A stretch of 64,000 nt of DNA from Vicugna vicugna. Lineage: Eukaryota. Below, in pieces: positions 12,703 through 26,028 of this stretch. How positions within the stretch are numbered: position 1 is the first letter of the stretch; each line of letters begins with the position of its first letter. The stretch spans positions 3,779,319-3,843,318 of the forward strand of contig MU061579.1 in assembly GCA_013265495.1 (NCBI GenBank). Reading direction: 5' to 3'. Made by a program: the position numbers and the translations under genes. The notes below the pieces were generated by a model. It was not told the origin of the DNA, did not search any database, and saw nothing but the letters and a program-made list of their open reading frames with translations.

Positions 12703-14002
12703 GAGTTCAGTCTTCAGATGCTTACTCTGTAGAGAGACTACAGAGAATAATCATTTTGATGACATTCGTATATATATGTTCCCATGAAGTGTGATCAGAA
12801 AAATTACATACTAAAAGATTAATAGCTATTCTATAATATGAGTCTGCAGTTGTTTAACGGTGATTCTTAAATCTCAAGGAAAATGTTAAGAATATGGAAG
12901 TCCCAAATTCAATAATGATTGCTGTTCAGCATCAAAATATTTTCAAAATCATTCCTTTTCTCTTCTATTCAGAAATAAGAGCTACAGCCTGGCTGATATC
13001 AATAAATATCAACAAATTATATGTATACAAGTCTGTATTTGTGCAAGGGTTTTTAGATTTCTCCTTTTTTACTGTTGAAAACTTCAAAATTACACTAGAG
13101 ATTCTAATTGTTCTTGCTGCTTGTGTAACTGACTCACAGACCACCAAAAAACTTAAAAAAAAAATCATCAAATAATCTCTTGACAATATGGAAACATCTG
13201 TCACCTTGTAATCTGGAGCACAATACTGCCAATTTATTTTTTCTTTTCCTCTCTATATAGTGTCAGTTATTACTAAATTTAAAATGAAAGTTAGATAAAA
13301 ATACATATCTTGGTATTAATCTTTATCTAATTTTATCTATTTAACCATTAAAAAATAACTGTACTTTAACCCAAAATAAAATTTATTTTGTTTATCTATG
13401 TATTGCAGCAATATTAATATATACTAACTCAAATGTTCCTTTCTTTTGTAAGAAACATAGCTTAATGGTATTTCCAACATGAATGGAATTAAGGAATCAA
13501 GTGTTCAAATTAAGCTGCTTAGTTTTTCTCTGAGTCCAATGTCTGATTTAATCTCATTTCAGTCTATTGAAACAAAAGATAAAAAGAGTATAACATTGTG
13601 AAATCCTTGATTTGATGCTGATTTGTAGTGACATTTTATCAATACATTTTTCTTTCCCTTTTCTTCTTATTAAGCCATTATTTCTAGCTGTGTTCTTTGT
13701 TTCCTGGTTAATTATAATCATCATTTTTTAAGGATGTTTCTATAGAATCAAGAAATAAAATAAGAGTAAAACTACACAAATTTAAATCTTACCAATTTTG
13801 TATTTGACAGAAATTAGGATGTCTAAAGGATATTTCACCTTAGCTTAACAAATTCTCTCGCTATTAAAAAAAAAGTAATATATACACAATAAAAATGTTT
13901 TAGCTTCATAAGGAAACAAATTACTTTTAAGCAAATTCAAACTCCAGCTTGCTCTCTCTTCCTCTCCCACAATTTATACAATAAAATGAAGTGTTTCATC
14001 TT

Positions 14003-14105
14003 TGTGTATGTGTATGTATTAATATATACATACATATATACATTCTTGTATCTGTATATAGATCATCTTCATATATACATACATATACGTATATAATACA
14101 TACAT
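14003..14105. repeat. (TA/TG/CA) low-complexity tract
   Basis: TGTGTATGTGTATGTATT...TATATACATACATATACG. Confidence 0.85.
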
Positions 14106-14229
14106 TTGACATGGTACATAGAAATTATTCTATTTATTCATTCATTTTAAAAGCCTAAGTTCAAAAAAACTATTAATCATTATTAATCATATAAGAAGAT
14201 ATAGATCAATTGGGCTTTAATTGATGAGT

Positions 14230-15165
14230 TTAATTCATCAAAAAATTCCATTAAGAAAATGAAATATGAAAGTCATAACGTGAATGAAATTTGCCACAGA
14301 TAAAGCATACAAAGGATACGGATCTAAATTTCAAAAATAACATTCAAAACAATAAAAAGGTAGATGAGCAAGTTTTAATACAACTAAGTTTTGAACTGGC
14401 ACTGCTCTCATGTGATATCTATATCTAAAATATATAAAGTGTGCTCAACATCATTCACCATCAAAGAAATGTAAATTTAAACCATTATTAGGTGGCATTA
14501 AACACTCAACTGAAAGGCTAAAATTAGAAGACTGATATGACCAAGTTTTGTCAAAGAAGTAGAGCAACTAGAACTTCTATATTACTTGTGTCAATGGACA
14601 TTAATACAATTATTTTGGGAAATATTTGCATTATTAAATAAAATAATCATGAATGTATGATAAAGCCTGGTGTTTCTTTTCCTGATATATGCCCCAAAGA
14701 AATGGATGCCTGGATATTCCAAAAACATGTATAAAAAATATTCATAACTGCCTCAAATCAGAAGCAATGTAAATGTCATCAAATGGATAAAAATGAAATA
14801 AACTACTTTATTCATACAATGAATAAAGCAAGAAAAATAAGAACATGAAACAAAATGGGTGAATCTCACAGACATAATGTAGGGAGAATGAAGCCAAGAC
14901 ACAAATGAGTAGAATCTGCAGAATGTTATTTATATTAATAGACAAAAATATTTTATGCAGATGGAGATCAAGATAGGGGTTACCATTGGGGAGGAATGTT
15001 AACTGAGGAGGAGCATAAGGGTACATTCTGGAGTGCCGGAAATAGTCAATAACTTGATCTTGGTTGAATTTTCATGATGTATGCTCTCAACTCATCTTCA
15101 CTTACATTGAGTTGGACCCTTAAGACTTCTGTATATGGCTTCATATGAGACATATCTTAATTTTA
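14230..15165 (+). mobile_element. Ancient L1 (L1ME-like) ORF2 end plus 3' UTR
   Basis: GCTCAACATCATTCACCATCAAAGAAATGTAAATTTAAACC, GTAGAGCAACTAGAACT, ATGGGTGAATCTCACAGACATAATGT. Confidence 0.75.
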
Positions 15166-15793
15166 AGAATATCAAAGAATAAGTCCTAGAGTCTTAAAGT
15201 CTTTATTTAGTCAGAATATGGGACACATTAAATGTTGAATATTGAGATGAAACCATAAATACACATACATATACTTTATTATCATTTTCTTCATTATTTA
15301 TAATTAGCTTTCATCAATTTTTAGCCACATGGTCAGGAAAATTTTACTCAATATTTCTACAAATTTGTTTTCTTATTTATTCAGAAGGGATTACAGTATT
15401 TTTCCTGTCTCTTATACTCAAAAGAGTTGATGTGGAAATTAAGTAAGATAATGGTAGACTAACGCTAATGTGACTTATAGACCCAGATATCTAGATATAG
15501 ATAAAAATAGATAGATATACAAATATCCAATTTGGTATCTATTTACAGGATGACATTTATTAAAATATTGCCAACAGGTCACTGTCTAGCTTTAGAGGAA
15601 TCTTTTGTGCTTTTTGACCCAGGAGAGGGACTAGAGAAGAGACTAGATAGGAATACCATTGGGGAAAAGGAATAGGAACGCTGGAGACAGTTTACAAAGG
15701 ATTTTGAAGAGTGACCTTCAAAGAATGAGAAAATTTTTCAGGAAAGGAAAGGGAAGAATTTAAGAAGTCTTGGGTTATCATTAAAACAGTGAG

Positions 15794-15888
15794 GGAGGTA
15801 GAAATAGAGCTCAGTGGTAAAGCGCATGCACAAGGTCCTGGGTTCAATCCCCAGTACCTCCATAAAAAAACAAAACAAAACAAAAACA
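15794..15888 (+). mobile_element. tRNA-Ala-derived SINE (camelid vic-1-like) with A-rich tail and TSD
   Basis: A box AGCTCAGTGG (15808-15817), B box GGTTCAATCC (15841-15850), CCCCAGTACCTCCA end, (CAAAA)n tail; flanking repeat AAAACAGTGAG (15783-15793) / AAAACAATGAG (15889-15899). Confidence 0.85.
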
Positions 15889-16924
15889 AAAACAATGAGC
15901 ATGAAATAATGAAATGTTTTTCCAATTTGGAAAAACTCTTAAAGATTAGGTATAAATATAAAAAGTTGACATGTGAAGTAAAAATTAAGAAGTCAGGGAT
16001 TTGGAACAGTGAAAACATATACCTACCTAGGTAAAGGGTAATAATATATGATATTTTGTCCTAGTTGAGTACTTTTTTTTTTACATAAATTACAGTTAAT
16101 CTTAAAACATTAAGTATATCTTTGTTTGTAAGACTGACTGGTGGGGAATGAATTAAACTGTTAAGCTGTATTACACTAAAAAAAAAAGTCTTGGCTGTGA
16201 TGTTTGCATGTCTTTAATGTTGTTCGAGAAATACAAGGAAAAACCCAATTACATGAACACTTCAATAATGGGAGATGGATTATCTTCCTTTGTTTATAAC
16301 ACGTTAATATTAAAACCTATCAGATAATATTATGCCCACAACAAAACAGCAAAGTATTTAATAATATTTCTGTTTTTTGACAAGGCAATTGAGACTCTGA
16401 ATATTTTCATAATAATTCTAAAGTTATTTGGCCAGTAAGAGGCATTGCAGCCCAAGCTTATATATCTCTAAATATCCATTTCATTCACTACATAATGGCT
16501 TTTGTTTAAAAGATTTCATGAACTGCACAGTGTGTATGATACTATTTTCTTCAAGAAAACAATTAGAAGAACAAAATCAAATAGGATTTCTTTAGCAAGT
16601 CAAAATTGTTCCAAGATGCACTCTGTAATTCCTTTAACAATTAAAATAGTAGATGAGGACACTGCAATTGGAAACTAATTGTGTGTTCCTCATAAATAAA
16701 GCATGTGTGGGGTGACCCTTTCATCACACTTTTCTTACCTGCTAAGGTAGCTGAGGATTGCTGCAGGAATTTAGAAGCCTCTGCCACCGAGTTAGGAAAA
16801 GGCAAAATGTCTTTAGTTCTTAAAAAAGGCAATACACATTGAGTGCAATGGTTTTGTTTAGGAATAGTTTTAGCTGTGAGTGGCAGACTCACAAGAGCTT
16901 AATAAAGATAGAATGATGTGACAA

Positions 16925-17365
16925 TAACGCTATTGTCTTGATAATGCTGTGAAACAAGCTATCCAGAAACTCAGTTGCTTAAAATTACCGTCATTTATTT
17001 ATTCACCAGCACATATCCATGCACCAGTAGGGGTCAGCCGATCTTCTATAGGCTTTGTTCCTTATGGAAAATGGGGTCCATTTCTGCCCCATGCACCTTT
17101 CATTCTCCTTGGATCAGTGAATAAGACAATTGTGGTGATCACAAATGGGTAAGGTACCAAGTCCACCCAGGCAAGCACATTTCCAGAGTCTGCTTGAATA
17201 AGGTCCAACCAAATCTTCTTGGTCAGAGCACAGTCACATGGTTGCTCTTCAAAAGAAGTTTGGTTAAGATATTCTGGCTAGTCAAGTACCTGGCTAAATA
17301 CTGCTGGTCCTTTTTGCAAGGAAGAAGAAGACCTGAGTATTAGGAACAATCAGCAGTCAACACGA
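16925..17365 (-). mobile_element. Old MaLR LTR (MLT1J/K/L-like)
   Basis: CTGTGAAACAA...AAACTCAGTTGCTTAAAA, GCAAGCACATTTCCAG, TTGGTCAGAGCACAGTCACATGG. Confidence 0.6.
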
Positions 17366-19064
17366 CAACGTCTGACGGAAGTCTTTATCACAGAATCTCT
17401 GACAAATACATAAGATAAAATCATGTCATGTCTGAACCAGCAAAAATAATTTACTGATGTTGAGATATAAGTTATATTTTCTTCCTTAAGGGATGAAGAA
17501 TGTTTTGATATTTGGAGTAGAGACTGGGGAAATGCAAATTCTTGCTGTCTGTGGGTGAAATAAGAAAATTCATAGGAGGATTATGTCTTAAAGAGGATAG
17601 TGAGATCTTGATTTACCCTTTTAGAAAGTGTGTGTGTGTGGGTTTGTGTGGGTGTGTGTATGTTTATCCAGGCTGTAATATTTTCCTAAATGCTCTGTAC
17701 ATCTTAGGTATCTTCCTATTCATCTAATTATAAAAATAGATGAATCTGCTCTTAACTGGTAACAAAGATTATTTCCACAGTAGTTCTGAGAGCTCAAGTT
17801 GCCTTCACTGCACAGCCCCAGATTTTACCACTCAGTTCTCTGCCTCTGGAGTTTCTAGTCACATGTCATAAAAAGTGAGTGGGACCTCGGGACTTGCACA
17901 ACGCAGTGATCCTAATATTACAACAGCAAATTCTTATTAAGAACACTATTGTAGAAATGATATTTGTTCACGATTGTAAGATGGATCTGTAGTCCATCCA
18001 TTCTAAATTTTAGCCTTGGGTTATTCCAGACTATCAAAGACAATATTGTTTTGCCTCAAAATACAATTAAAAAAATTTTTTGTGTTAAATATCAATGTAT
18101 ATTGAATAAAATAGATTCTCTATAAAATGTATGACAGAGGTGTCTGATTATTCCTTTATGAGATCCATCTTTTCCCCTACTGACAATTAACATGCAGGAC
18201 TCAATAACTTCTTCCATTCCCAAAAAAGACCACTTTTTCTCTCTCTTTCTCTCTCTCCCTTCTCTCATGCACACACCGTATCACCATATTGTTTCTCTGA
18301 GAGATGATACAGCTTTACATCTTACAACCACTAGGGAAAAATATGTTTCTATTATAATGCTTTTCTGCACATCTTTTCTCAGCTCTGCTAGTAAACAAGA
18401 GTTCCTTGCCTTTGACCTCCCTAGCTCAGGAGGTGAGACTTCTCTGTTATCTGTTTTTCCCTACCTCTTTCTTCTGTATTCCCTTGATGAAGGAGTCAGG
18501 AGAGGGCCTGGCGGGCACTGCACTTCTTATTCAACCCTTCCAAATACAAATCTGCTGTTTGAAAAGGAAAAGGTAGGAAGATTTGCATTCTGGAGAGGCT
18601 GGAGATGTGTTACAAATATTAAATTATGTGGTCTGTTTTCACTACTACACTTGTCATATATTCATGATGCAGTGTGGCTGAAGCTTCGTGGAGACAGTCC
18701 TTTTTGATGAGAATCTATTTGAAAACATTTTCTCAAGTCTCATTACTGGAACACATCCCCTGAACCACTGGTTAGTTTTAATCCAATCACATATTAATCT
18801 TGTACATATCTCTGTTTTCTCTTTTCATGGACTCCTAGAAAACAGAGAGGCAAAAATATACTCCATCTTTAGGAAACATTATTCCATTTCTTCTGACAGG
18901 ATAACACTGGTTAAGCCAAAAATGCATCTTACAAAGCATTTCAAATACTTCTTTTTTGTGTTTCCTTTTGTTTCCTTTCCTCTTTACTTTTTCCTTCCTT
19001 CCTTCTTCCCAATGATATGATCTGAAACTTACTGGAATTTTCTTAGGAAAAAAAATGAGATGAT

Positions 19065-19292
19065 TAATACTAATACATTAATCACATAGCTAAATGCTTT
19101 ATTGGATGGCCTTATTTAATTATCCCAAAACCTAGTGAAGAATGTTTAATATTTTTTTCCACTTTGCCAATGAAGAAAGGGGACTCTGAAACATTAGATA
19201 ACTTGTTGGAAGTTTGAGTTCGCATAAGGTGGAGTTGACTGTGCTATCGTGGACCATGTGCACCTAAGTTCAAGTTCTTAACCATTATACTC
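19065..19292 (-). mobile_element. MIR fragment
   Basis: TCCACTTTGCCAATGAAGAAA...GATAACTTG...TTCTTAACCATTATAC. Confidence 0.55.
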
Positions 19293-20004
19293 CTCTTGTC
19301 TATCAGCACTTTGATTAACAAAGATTAAGTTTGTAAAAGAAACTTCAAATTATTTTTATATTATTTTATAAAGTATAGGGATGAGAAAATACTACAATAG
19401 GAGTGCTGCTGATGAACATGATCCTTTTTACCCTTGTATGGGGAGGCAGCAGGGAAACAAAAACAAAAGACGTCTCTCTCCATAATCAATACCTGTGGTG
19501 ATGTCTAGTCTACATGTATTATGTAAGGTTCACGACATATATAAAACACTTCCTCTTTGAACTGGGTTCTTTGTTACTGAGAACAGGACACAGTTATCAT
19601 GGACGACACGGAAGACTTACACAAAGGTGATTTTTTCCATTCTTTCACTTTTAGGTACCTTTTAGAACTTAACTTCAGGAGAAAGCTGATAAATTGTATG
19701 TGAAGGGGAGTATTTCATACCTCTCGGGAAAACACTTCAATCTATCACAAGCACACTCAAACTTTGTATATTATCTGCCAAATAAAGAAACAAAAAGTAG
19801 TTACCTCTGCCACATAAGTCTGACACATTTTCAGAAAACACTGTATCAGTTCTAAATATTATATTCAGAAGACAAATACAGCTGAGGAAAGAGCAGAATA
19901 TCTATGGTTAGCAAACAGGAACTGCTACTGTGCTCCCCCAACATACAGAATGTTCTCACTCGTATGCAGTGGTATGAGAAGAACAAAGACATTCTGGGTT
20001 TTAA

Positions 20005-20482
20005 TGGCAGACATTTCTAATTATGCACCCCACACCCGTATCCCCTTCCCCCTTGCTAAAGGCAAAAAATTCATTTTGTTTTAGTCAGAAGAGTGTCCTA
20101 TTAACTTTTACCTTCCCTAAATCATTTGCAAATAGAACTGATGATGTGACCCAGTTCCTGTGAATGAGACACCAGCAAAAGTGAAGGGACTGGGAGGGGC
20201 TTCTGAGAAACCTGAACAGAATGTGCCCTACGTATTTCTATTCTATTCATATTTAGAATTTGGAGTCAGTGCCTGGTGGTAGATCAAACTGTAAATAATG
20301 AGAACTAAATTTTAGTAGAGAAGGGAGCTAAGTGGAACTTGGTTTCTCAAAGAGTTGTTCGATCAACTGAACCTTATCTCAGCTAGGCCCTCTAGATATC
20401 ATGTTTATGAGTAAAACAAACTTCTAATTAACATCCGTATTATATTTCTTTACATGCTTCCAAAGGCATGCTTAACTAATAC
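20005..20482 (+). mobile_element. Old MaLR solo LTR (MLT1I/J-like)
   Basis: TGGCAGACA start, CCCCTTCCCCCTTGCTAA, ATGTGACCCAGTTC...AATGAGA, GGGGCTTCTGAGAAA, terminal AACTAATAC. Confidence 0.7.
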
Positions 20483-20704
20483 TGTTCTTCATCCAGTCAA
20501 ATGTAGTCCATGTGAAGCACTGCTTTCTGCTTTGAGAGTAAGTTCAACTTCTTTTTGTTGATGAGAATATTTCTTATTTTTAAGAAACAGAATAGATGAT
20601 AGTTTTTTGATTATTTATTTGCCCTTTACTGCTCTAAAGTGGAAACTGCTACACTGAAATGACAGTTATTCTGAGATTTTAAATATATTTCATTGAAATA
20701 GACA

Positions 20705-20900
20705 ACTCTGGAACCACTAGGCTAAGTTTCCTGGTTTTCCACTTGTCACCTCAGTCATCTTTGGCAAGTCAATTGACTTCAATTCTCAAGAGTAAAAGGC
20801 ATATAATATTTACTCAACTCACACATTTACTTGAAGATCAAGTGAGGTAGAGCATTTTATAGTTCATTAAGCACTGTGGAAGTTTTCATGGTTATTACTA
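20705..20900 (+). mobile_element. MIR-family fragment
   Basis: TCTTTGGCAAGTCAATTGACTTC...TTGAAGATCAAGTGAG. Confidence 0.5.
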
Positions 20901-21804
20901 ATAAAATGTATGTCATGGCAATCACATTCTATTCTAAATCTGGGCCTGAATGAAATAAATGCCAGTAAAATGAGATTTCAGTGTATATCATAATTATACT
21001 ACAATCATATTTCCTAATTCTGTATTAGAAATTGTCAGCATGAAGGTAACTAGCTCAGTGTTTCCCTTTGCATGGTCAGAATGGTCATCGTTGTGAGGAA
21101 GGAAAAACGGATATCTGTGCACATAAATTCCATAATACGTAGGCAAGTAGCTTAAGCCAAAATGTGCTAGAAACAATGCAGTGTCTCCTTGCTTAATACT
21201 CCTAGTTAGAAGTCCTGCATGTGGTCATCTGATGTGTCTACATATCTCAGAAGACTATTAACAGATCTGGCCTCATGTAATCTGCAATTACACGAGCAAG
21301 TTAGTTAAAGATTATAAATAAAAAAAATGTAGCAACTGATTAATTAACAGGGATACTATTTTATACATTTACTAACCTTTAAATTAGTTGCCTTAGCAAC
21401 CTATATCCTTAACTTACTGTGTGACTATCATTCTAAACATCCCTGAATTTCTTCTTCAGAAACTCCTTTACAATTTTGGTAAAGCCATCATCCTTTTGCA
21501 TATATTTTACTTCTTTCAGTGGTCTTTGAGAGATGCTAAGTAAACTCTTTTTGCAGGCGCAGAGGAACATTTGTATGAAATAAAAGAAAAAACTTCAAGC
21601 ATTCAAATAGATTTTATATTTTTTTCTAGTAAACTTTGGTTAGTGATTCACATATTTTGTTTCACTTTTAACATTGTAGAGCTGCACTTATAATTACACA
21701 AATGCTGTTTAAATTCAATACAAAGAAGTAGATGCCAGCCAAAAAAAGTGAAAATGTTAAGCAGCCACACAACTGTTTAAACCAGCAGATCTTTCTGGAT
21801 TCTC

Positions 21805-22000
21805 TGGTGCTTAAGTTCAGACTCCGTAGATGGACGTACTCGTTCAAATCCCTGCTCTGCCACATATTAGCCTGTGACCTTGGGCTCATTTTTCTTAGAG
21901 AATGAATGTTAATATTAAATGAGTTAATTAATGTAAAGCACTTACTACTGTACGTGGTAAAGTTTGAACTTACTGAATTAGTTGTCATTACTACTGCTAT
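21805..22000 (+). mobile_element. MIR SINE, internally deleted
   Basis: GTTCAAATCCCTGCTCTGCCAC...TGTGACCTTGGGC...ATTAAATGAGTTAAT..ATGTAAAGCACTTA. Confidence 0.8.
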
Positions 22001-23546
22001 AGTCATTACTTAAAAAAAAAGGTTGGTTGGAATTTATCTTTAAAAATTTAAAGACTTCATAGACTTCCTCCTTAATTGCCTCTATCTGCAACTACTGAAA
22101 GAATCAATCGGAGAGGATTCTAGAAGTACAACATAAAGCTATTGTCATATTCTTAACACTCACTTTATAATGCAGGAATCTTGAAAAATTATGGTGAGTT
22201 ACTATTGCTTTTCTCCCCAGTTTCACTTAAAAAAATTGAAACATAACTGTCCTGTTTGTTAGCATTTGCTTAATCAATCAGTTTTTGGTGTTGCTGACAT
22301 ATAGACATAACCTAAGTGGCTGCTATCACATCAGAATCACATTTGCTGTAGTAGCTGTGAAGTGTGGAGAAGCTATTCAGAACCTCAAGTTGTTGTGTTC
22401 ATAAAATTGTTGGATATATTGTCTCTCTTCCTAAAGTAATTATCTCCCATGATATGTGATCTTCCGTGAGTGTTCCCTCTTTTAAAAAAGGATGAATCTA
22501 TAATTAATCATATGCTTTAAAATTGATATATATTCTTCCTTCCCTTGCAAAAAAAAAGATAATATTGCAAGTTCAGAAATCAAAAACATACTATTGTCAG
22601 TGAAACTGAAAAATTAAATTTAGAGTTGACTATATCAAGACACTATGATAAAAATGAGTTAGTCTTAATTCAAAGAGTGTATTTAACACATTTGTTTAAG
22701 AATGTGTTCTGAATTCACCTTTTTTTCTCATCCCACGCTGTTTAGTTCATAGTTTTATTAAATGCACATTAAAATTGTTATTAATTCTCAAGTCCCCTGT
22801 GCCTCTCTCTAAGATAAGTAATTTGTGTCACAGACGGTTTATTATTGAATTCTCATTTATATTAAAAACAGATTCCAACTCTAACATTTTAATTACAGTT
22901 CAATATCAGACAAAATCTCTCTTTTCCATTATCCTTTTTATTAGCATAATAAATTGTTCTGATGGTGCTGAACAATCAGCAAAACAAAAAAGGCAATGTG
23001 TTCTCAATAACATGGACTATGATCTATTTCTTCTGTGAAATATACAGTCAGAATTATTAATTATTTATTGAAATATTATCATACTTCAAGGTCATTATCA
23101 TGCTGTCTCTACAGTATCACCGTGCAAATGTGGATATCATAATCTCTCAAATTTAGAATACTGGATCGAATGCCAGTTGATGACAAAACACCTATTAAGA
23201 ATTAGTTTCAGAACTATTACCTGATAACAAATGGATTAAAAAAAAAACAGATCTCTTTATTAAAACACAAGTATTGGGGTAAAAAAGTAGTCTGGAATTT
23301 AGGGCTAGTAAAAAGCCAAAATATATATACATACTATATATTGATAAGTATAATTACAAATCTTTTGTTTTACTATTTACTCTGTTATTAATACTAATAT
23401 GTTTCTACTAGCTTTATGAAATATACAAAGTCATAGTAAAGATGAGACAGTAGTGACAGCTTCATTTTGGTTAACAACTTTCTTTAGTTCAGCATTAACA
23501 ATGTAAATACATTTGAATGTGCAGTAATATTTCCTGCCTTAGAAAA

Positions 23547-24021
23547 TGTGGCAGATCTACCATCCTCTTACATGATTTTGCTACAATATGTGATTGTCAC
23601 TCCTCCCAGAGAGGTGTTTAGGTGCCTGTACTTGAATCTGGGTGGAGCTGTGAACACTGTGGATAGACACTATGTGATTTCTGAGGTTCAGTTATGATAG
23701 CTGATAAAGCTTCTGCTTGCTCATGGAACCAGCCATGCGGCGAGAAAGCCCAGGACACATGGAAAGTCTCTGTCTAGGTTTCCAGGATGACTGGCCCAGA
23801 TGAGTTCCAAGACTACAGCCAGCATTAATAAACCTGTAGACATGAGAGTGGAAATTTTCAAACAGACCCAGTTCCATCTACTGTCTGACTGCAACTGGGT
23901 GAGTGAGTTTGAGCAAGGATCACTTAACCAACAAACAGAACTTTTAGAGATGTTAATGGTTCTTTTTGTTTTAAGCCACCAAGTTTTAGGGGGATTTATT
24001 GCATAACAATAGATAATTACA
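23547..24021 (+). mobile_element. MaLR solo LTR (MLT1G/H-like)
   Basis: TGTGGCAGA start, CTTGAATCTGGGTGG, CAGCCATGCGGCGAGAAAGCCC, TTTTAAGCCACCAAGTTTT...CAATAGATAA end. Confidence 0.75.
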
Positions 24022-24529
24022 ATGTGGTAATAATGGTTTTATTACTAAATGTAGTCATTTCACCTTGACATCTTCTACTTGATTGTGCTCGGTTTAACTT
24101 CCTTAAATATAAGACTTTTCTTATTTAAATTTAGGGAAAATATGATGCAACATTTATTAAATCACTTATACAGCACTGCCAGATACAACCTCTCAAAATT
24201 CCATAATAAAATAAAATATTTAAAAAACAATTTGAAAACTTAAAACATCAGAGCTACTAAATATATAAGTCATCCTAATGTTATAATCTGATAAGAAACT
24301 CTTCTCACTATAACACCAGTGGAGATCACTTGAGATATCAATCAATATCTCGTGTGAACTATGTTAAGGAGGCAAAATAAACCAATAAAACTGAAAAAAA
24401 AATAAACAAATGTTTATGATCTATTCCACTCCTTTATCCTTCCTCAGAGAATCCTTTTCATTTTGGACTTTTAGCTTGCATTCAGATAAACCCACTGTGT
24501 CAATATCATGATTAATATGTCTATGTAGT

Positions 24530-25040
24530 TGTATGGTCAAGCCACCCAAGATGGCTGTTCTCTTGCTCTCTGGACATCCTCTGCTTGACCAGTTCCTGCT
24601 TCACCTGCACTTGATTCACATGACTGACCTTCCCTCTTAATCATAGAGCCTAATCTATAAATGCCTATGAACTTGTCCTGGCCCTCGCTAGTGATTGTTC
24701 TAACCTTCTGATCAGAACACCTCCATCATGATAGCTTATCAAAAGAGTAGTGGAAGGCCTGCTCCTCTGCTGGTTTCCCTACTAACTGATGAGCCAACCT
24801 GAGGTCAATTCCTTCTATAACTGGTAACCTTCCTCTCCCCTTGGGAGCTAAGACTGCTGCCATGTCCTGCCCGCTGTCTGCTGCACATGCTGGGGTGTCG
24901 CTCCAGGACTTTGCTTCAGACTTGTAAGATGCCCCCGTTCATGAAGCCATTTGTGACTCTGTCACTGACTCTGGGCTCTTTCTTTGGTCTTGAGGCTGGG
25001 CAAGTACAGGGCTTGGAGGTCTCTGGGGTGCAGCCCAACA
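24530..25040 (+). mobile_element. ERVL-class solo LTR (MER54/73/74-like), 511 bp, TG...CA termini, exact 5-bp TSD
   Basis: GTAGT at 24525-24529 and 25041-25045 flanks TGTATGG...GCAGCCCAACA; GC-richer than its flanks. Confidence 0.85.
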
Positions 25041-25045
25041 GTAGT

Positions 25046-25760
25046 TTATTCCTGTGATTTGTATAATAGTAGTTTGTTTTTCCATTGCTGTTTGCTATTT
25101 TATTATAAAGATGTATTTATTATAATTGGACATTTGTGTTCTTTCCAGGTTGGATCTTCCATGAATATTATTTCTATAACATTCCTTTAATGTCTTTTAG
25201 TACACTTATAAGTATATGCCAATAAATGGATTACTATGTCATATTTTTACTTTGCTAAGTGAAACTCAGCAAAGCTGTTGTAAAATTTAGTATTTCTGCT
25301 TGCAGAGTTTGAGAGTTTCAGTTGCTCCAAGTCCTTGACAATATATATTATCAGTTCTTTTAATTTTAGTCATTCTGGTAGTTATACCTGATTCAACATT
25401 TAATTCCCCTGATGGCTAACATTTGTTTTTGTAAAGCCCATTTTTAATATGGTATATATTTTTAATTAGGCCTTTTGTATTTTCTTATTGATTTTTTAAT
25501 TGAGTTTGTTAACACACTGTACATGTGTCTTGTATCTGCTATATAAATGGCAGGTATCTTCTCCTATATGTGATTTGTCTTTTCACTTCTTTCATGGAAA
25601 CTCTGAATATTAGAAATTCTTATTTTTAATTAATCTATTTCATCAATATTTTTATTTATAATTATTACTTTTTGTTTCTTAAGAAATCTTTGGCTACTCA
25701 AAGTTTATGAAGCTATTCTCTCATTTTTTATAATACTCCTTTCACACTTAAAATAGCACT
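25046..25760 (-). mobile_element. Ancient L1 (L1M) ORF2 end/3' UTR, host of the solo LTR
   Basis: TGGACATTTGTGTTCTTTCCAGGTT, GAGAGTTTCAGTTGCTCCA..TCCTTGACAA, TTTTAATTTTAGTCATTCTGGTAG, AAGAAATCTTTG.CTAC. Confidence 0.7.
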
Positions 25761-26028
25761 CTAGATACTGTCTAAAGAATGCAGGATAGAGCTCAAGAAA
25801 GTGTGCAGAGATGTTCCTTAGAAAATTGTTAGTGATCCAGATGTAACATAATCATCACAAAGACCAAGATGGTAGTGAAGGAGATCAAGGAAGTAATCTG
25901 AAATAACAGATTTTGGATGTAAATGAGATTTGCTGCTCAGTTGCAAGTTGAGATTAGAAACAAGGAATGGTTGATGACAATATCTATGTTATTTTGGCTC
26001 AGGAAGTTGCTACTTAAGAATGTGAGAT

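Noticed and set aside
15794..15862. Functional tRNA-Ala gene
   Set aside because: The anticodon loop is missing, and the A-rich tail and TSD mark it as a SINE.
18192..18707. Longest ORF in the track (171 aa)
   Set aside because: Low-complexity L/S/F-rich translation of CT-rich DNA with no recognisable domain; consistent with a chance ORF.
21053..21142. Peptides resembling TSP1 (WSEWSS) or EGF (GHRCEE) motifs
   Set aside because: Both frames hit stops within a few codons, and there is no good acceptor/donor pair.
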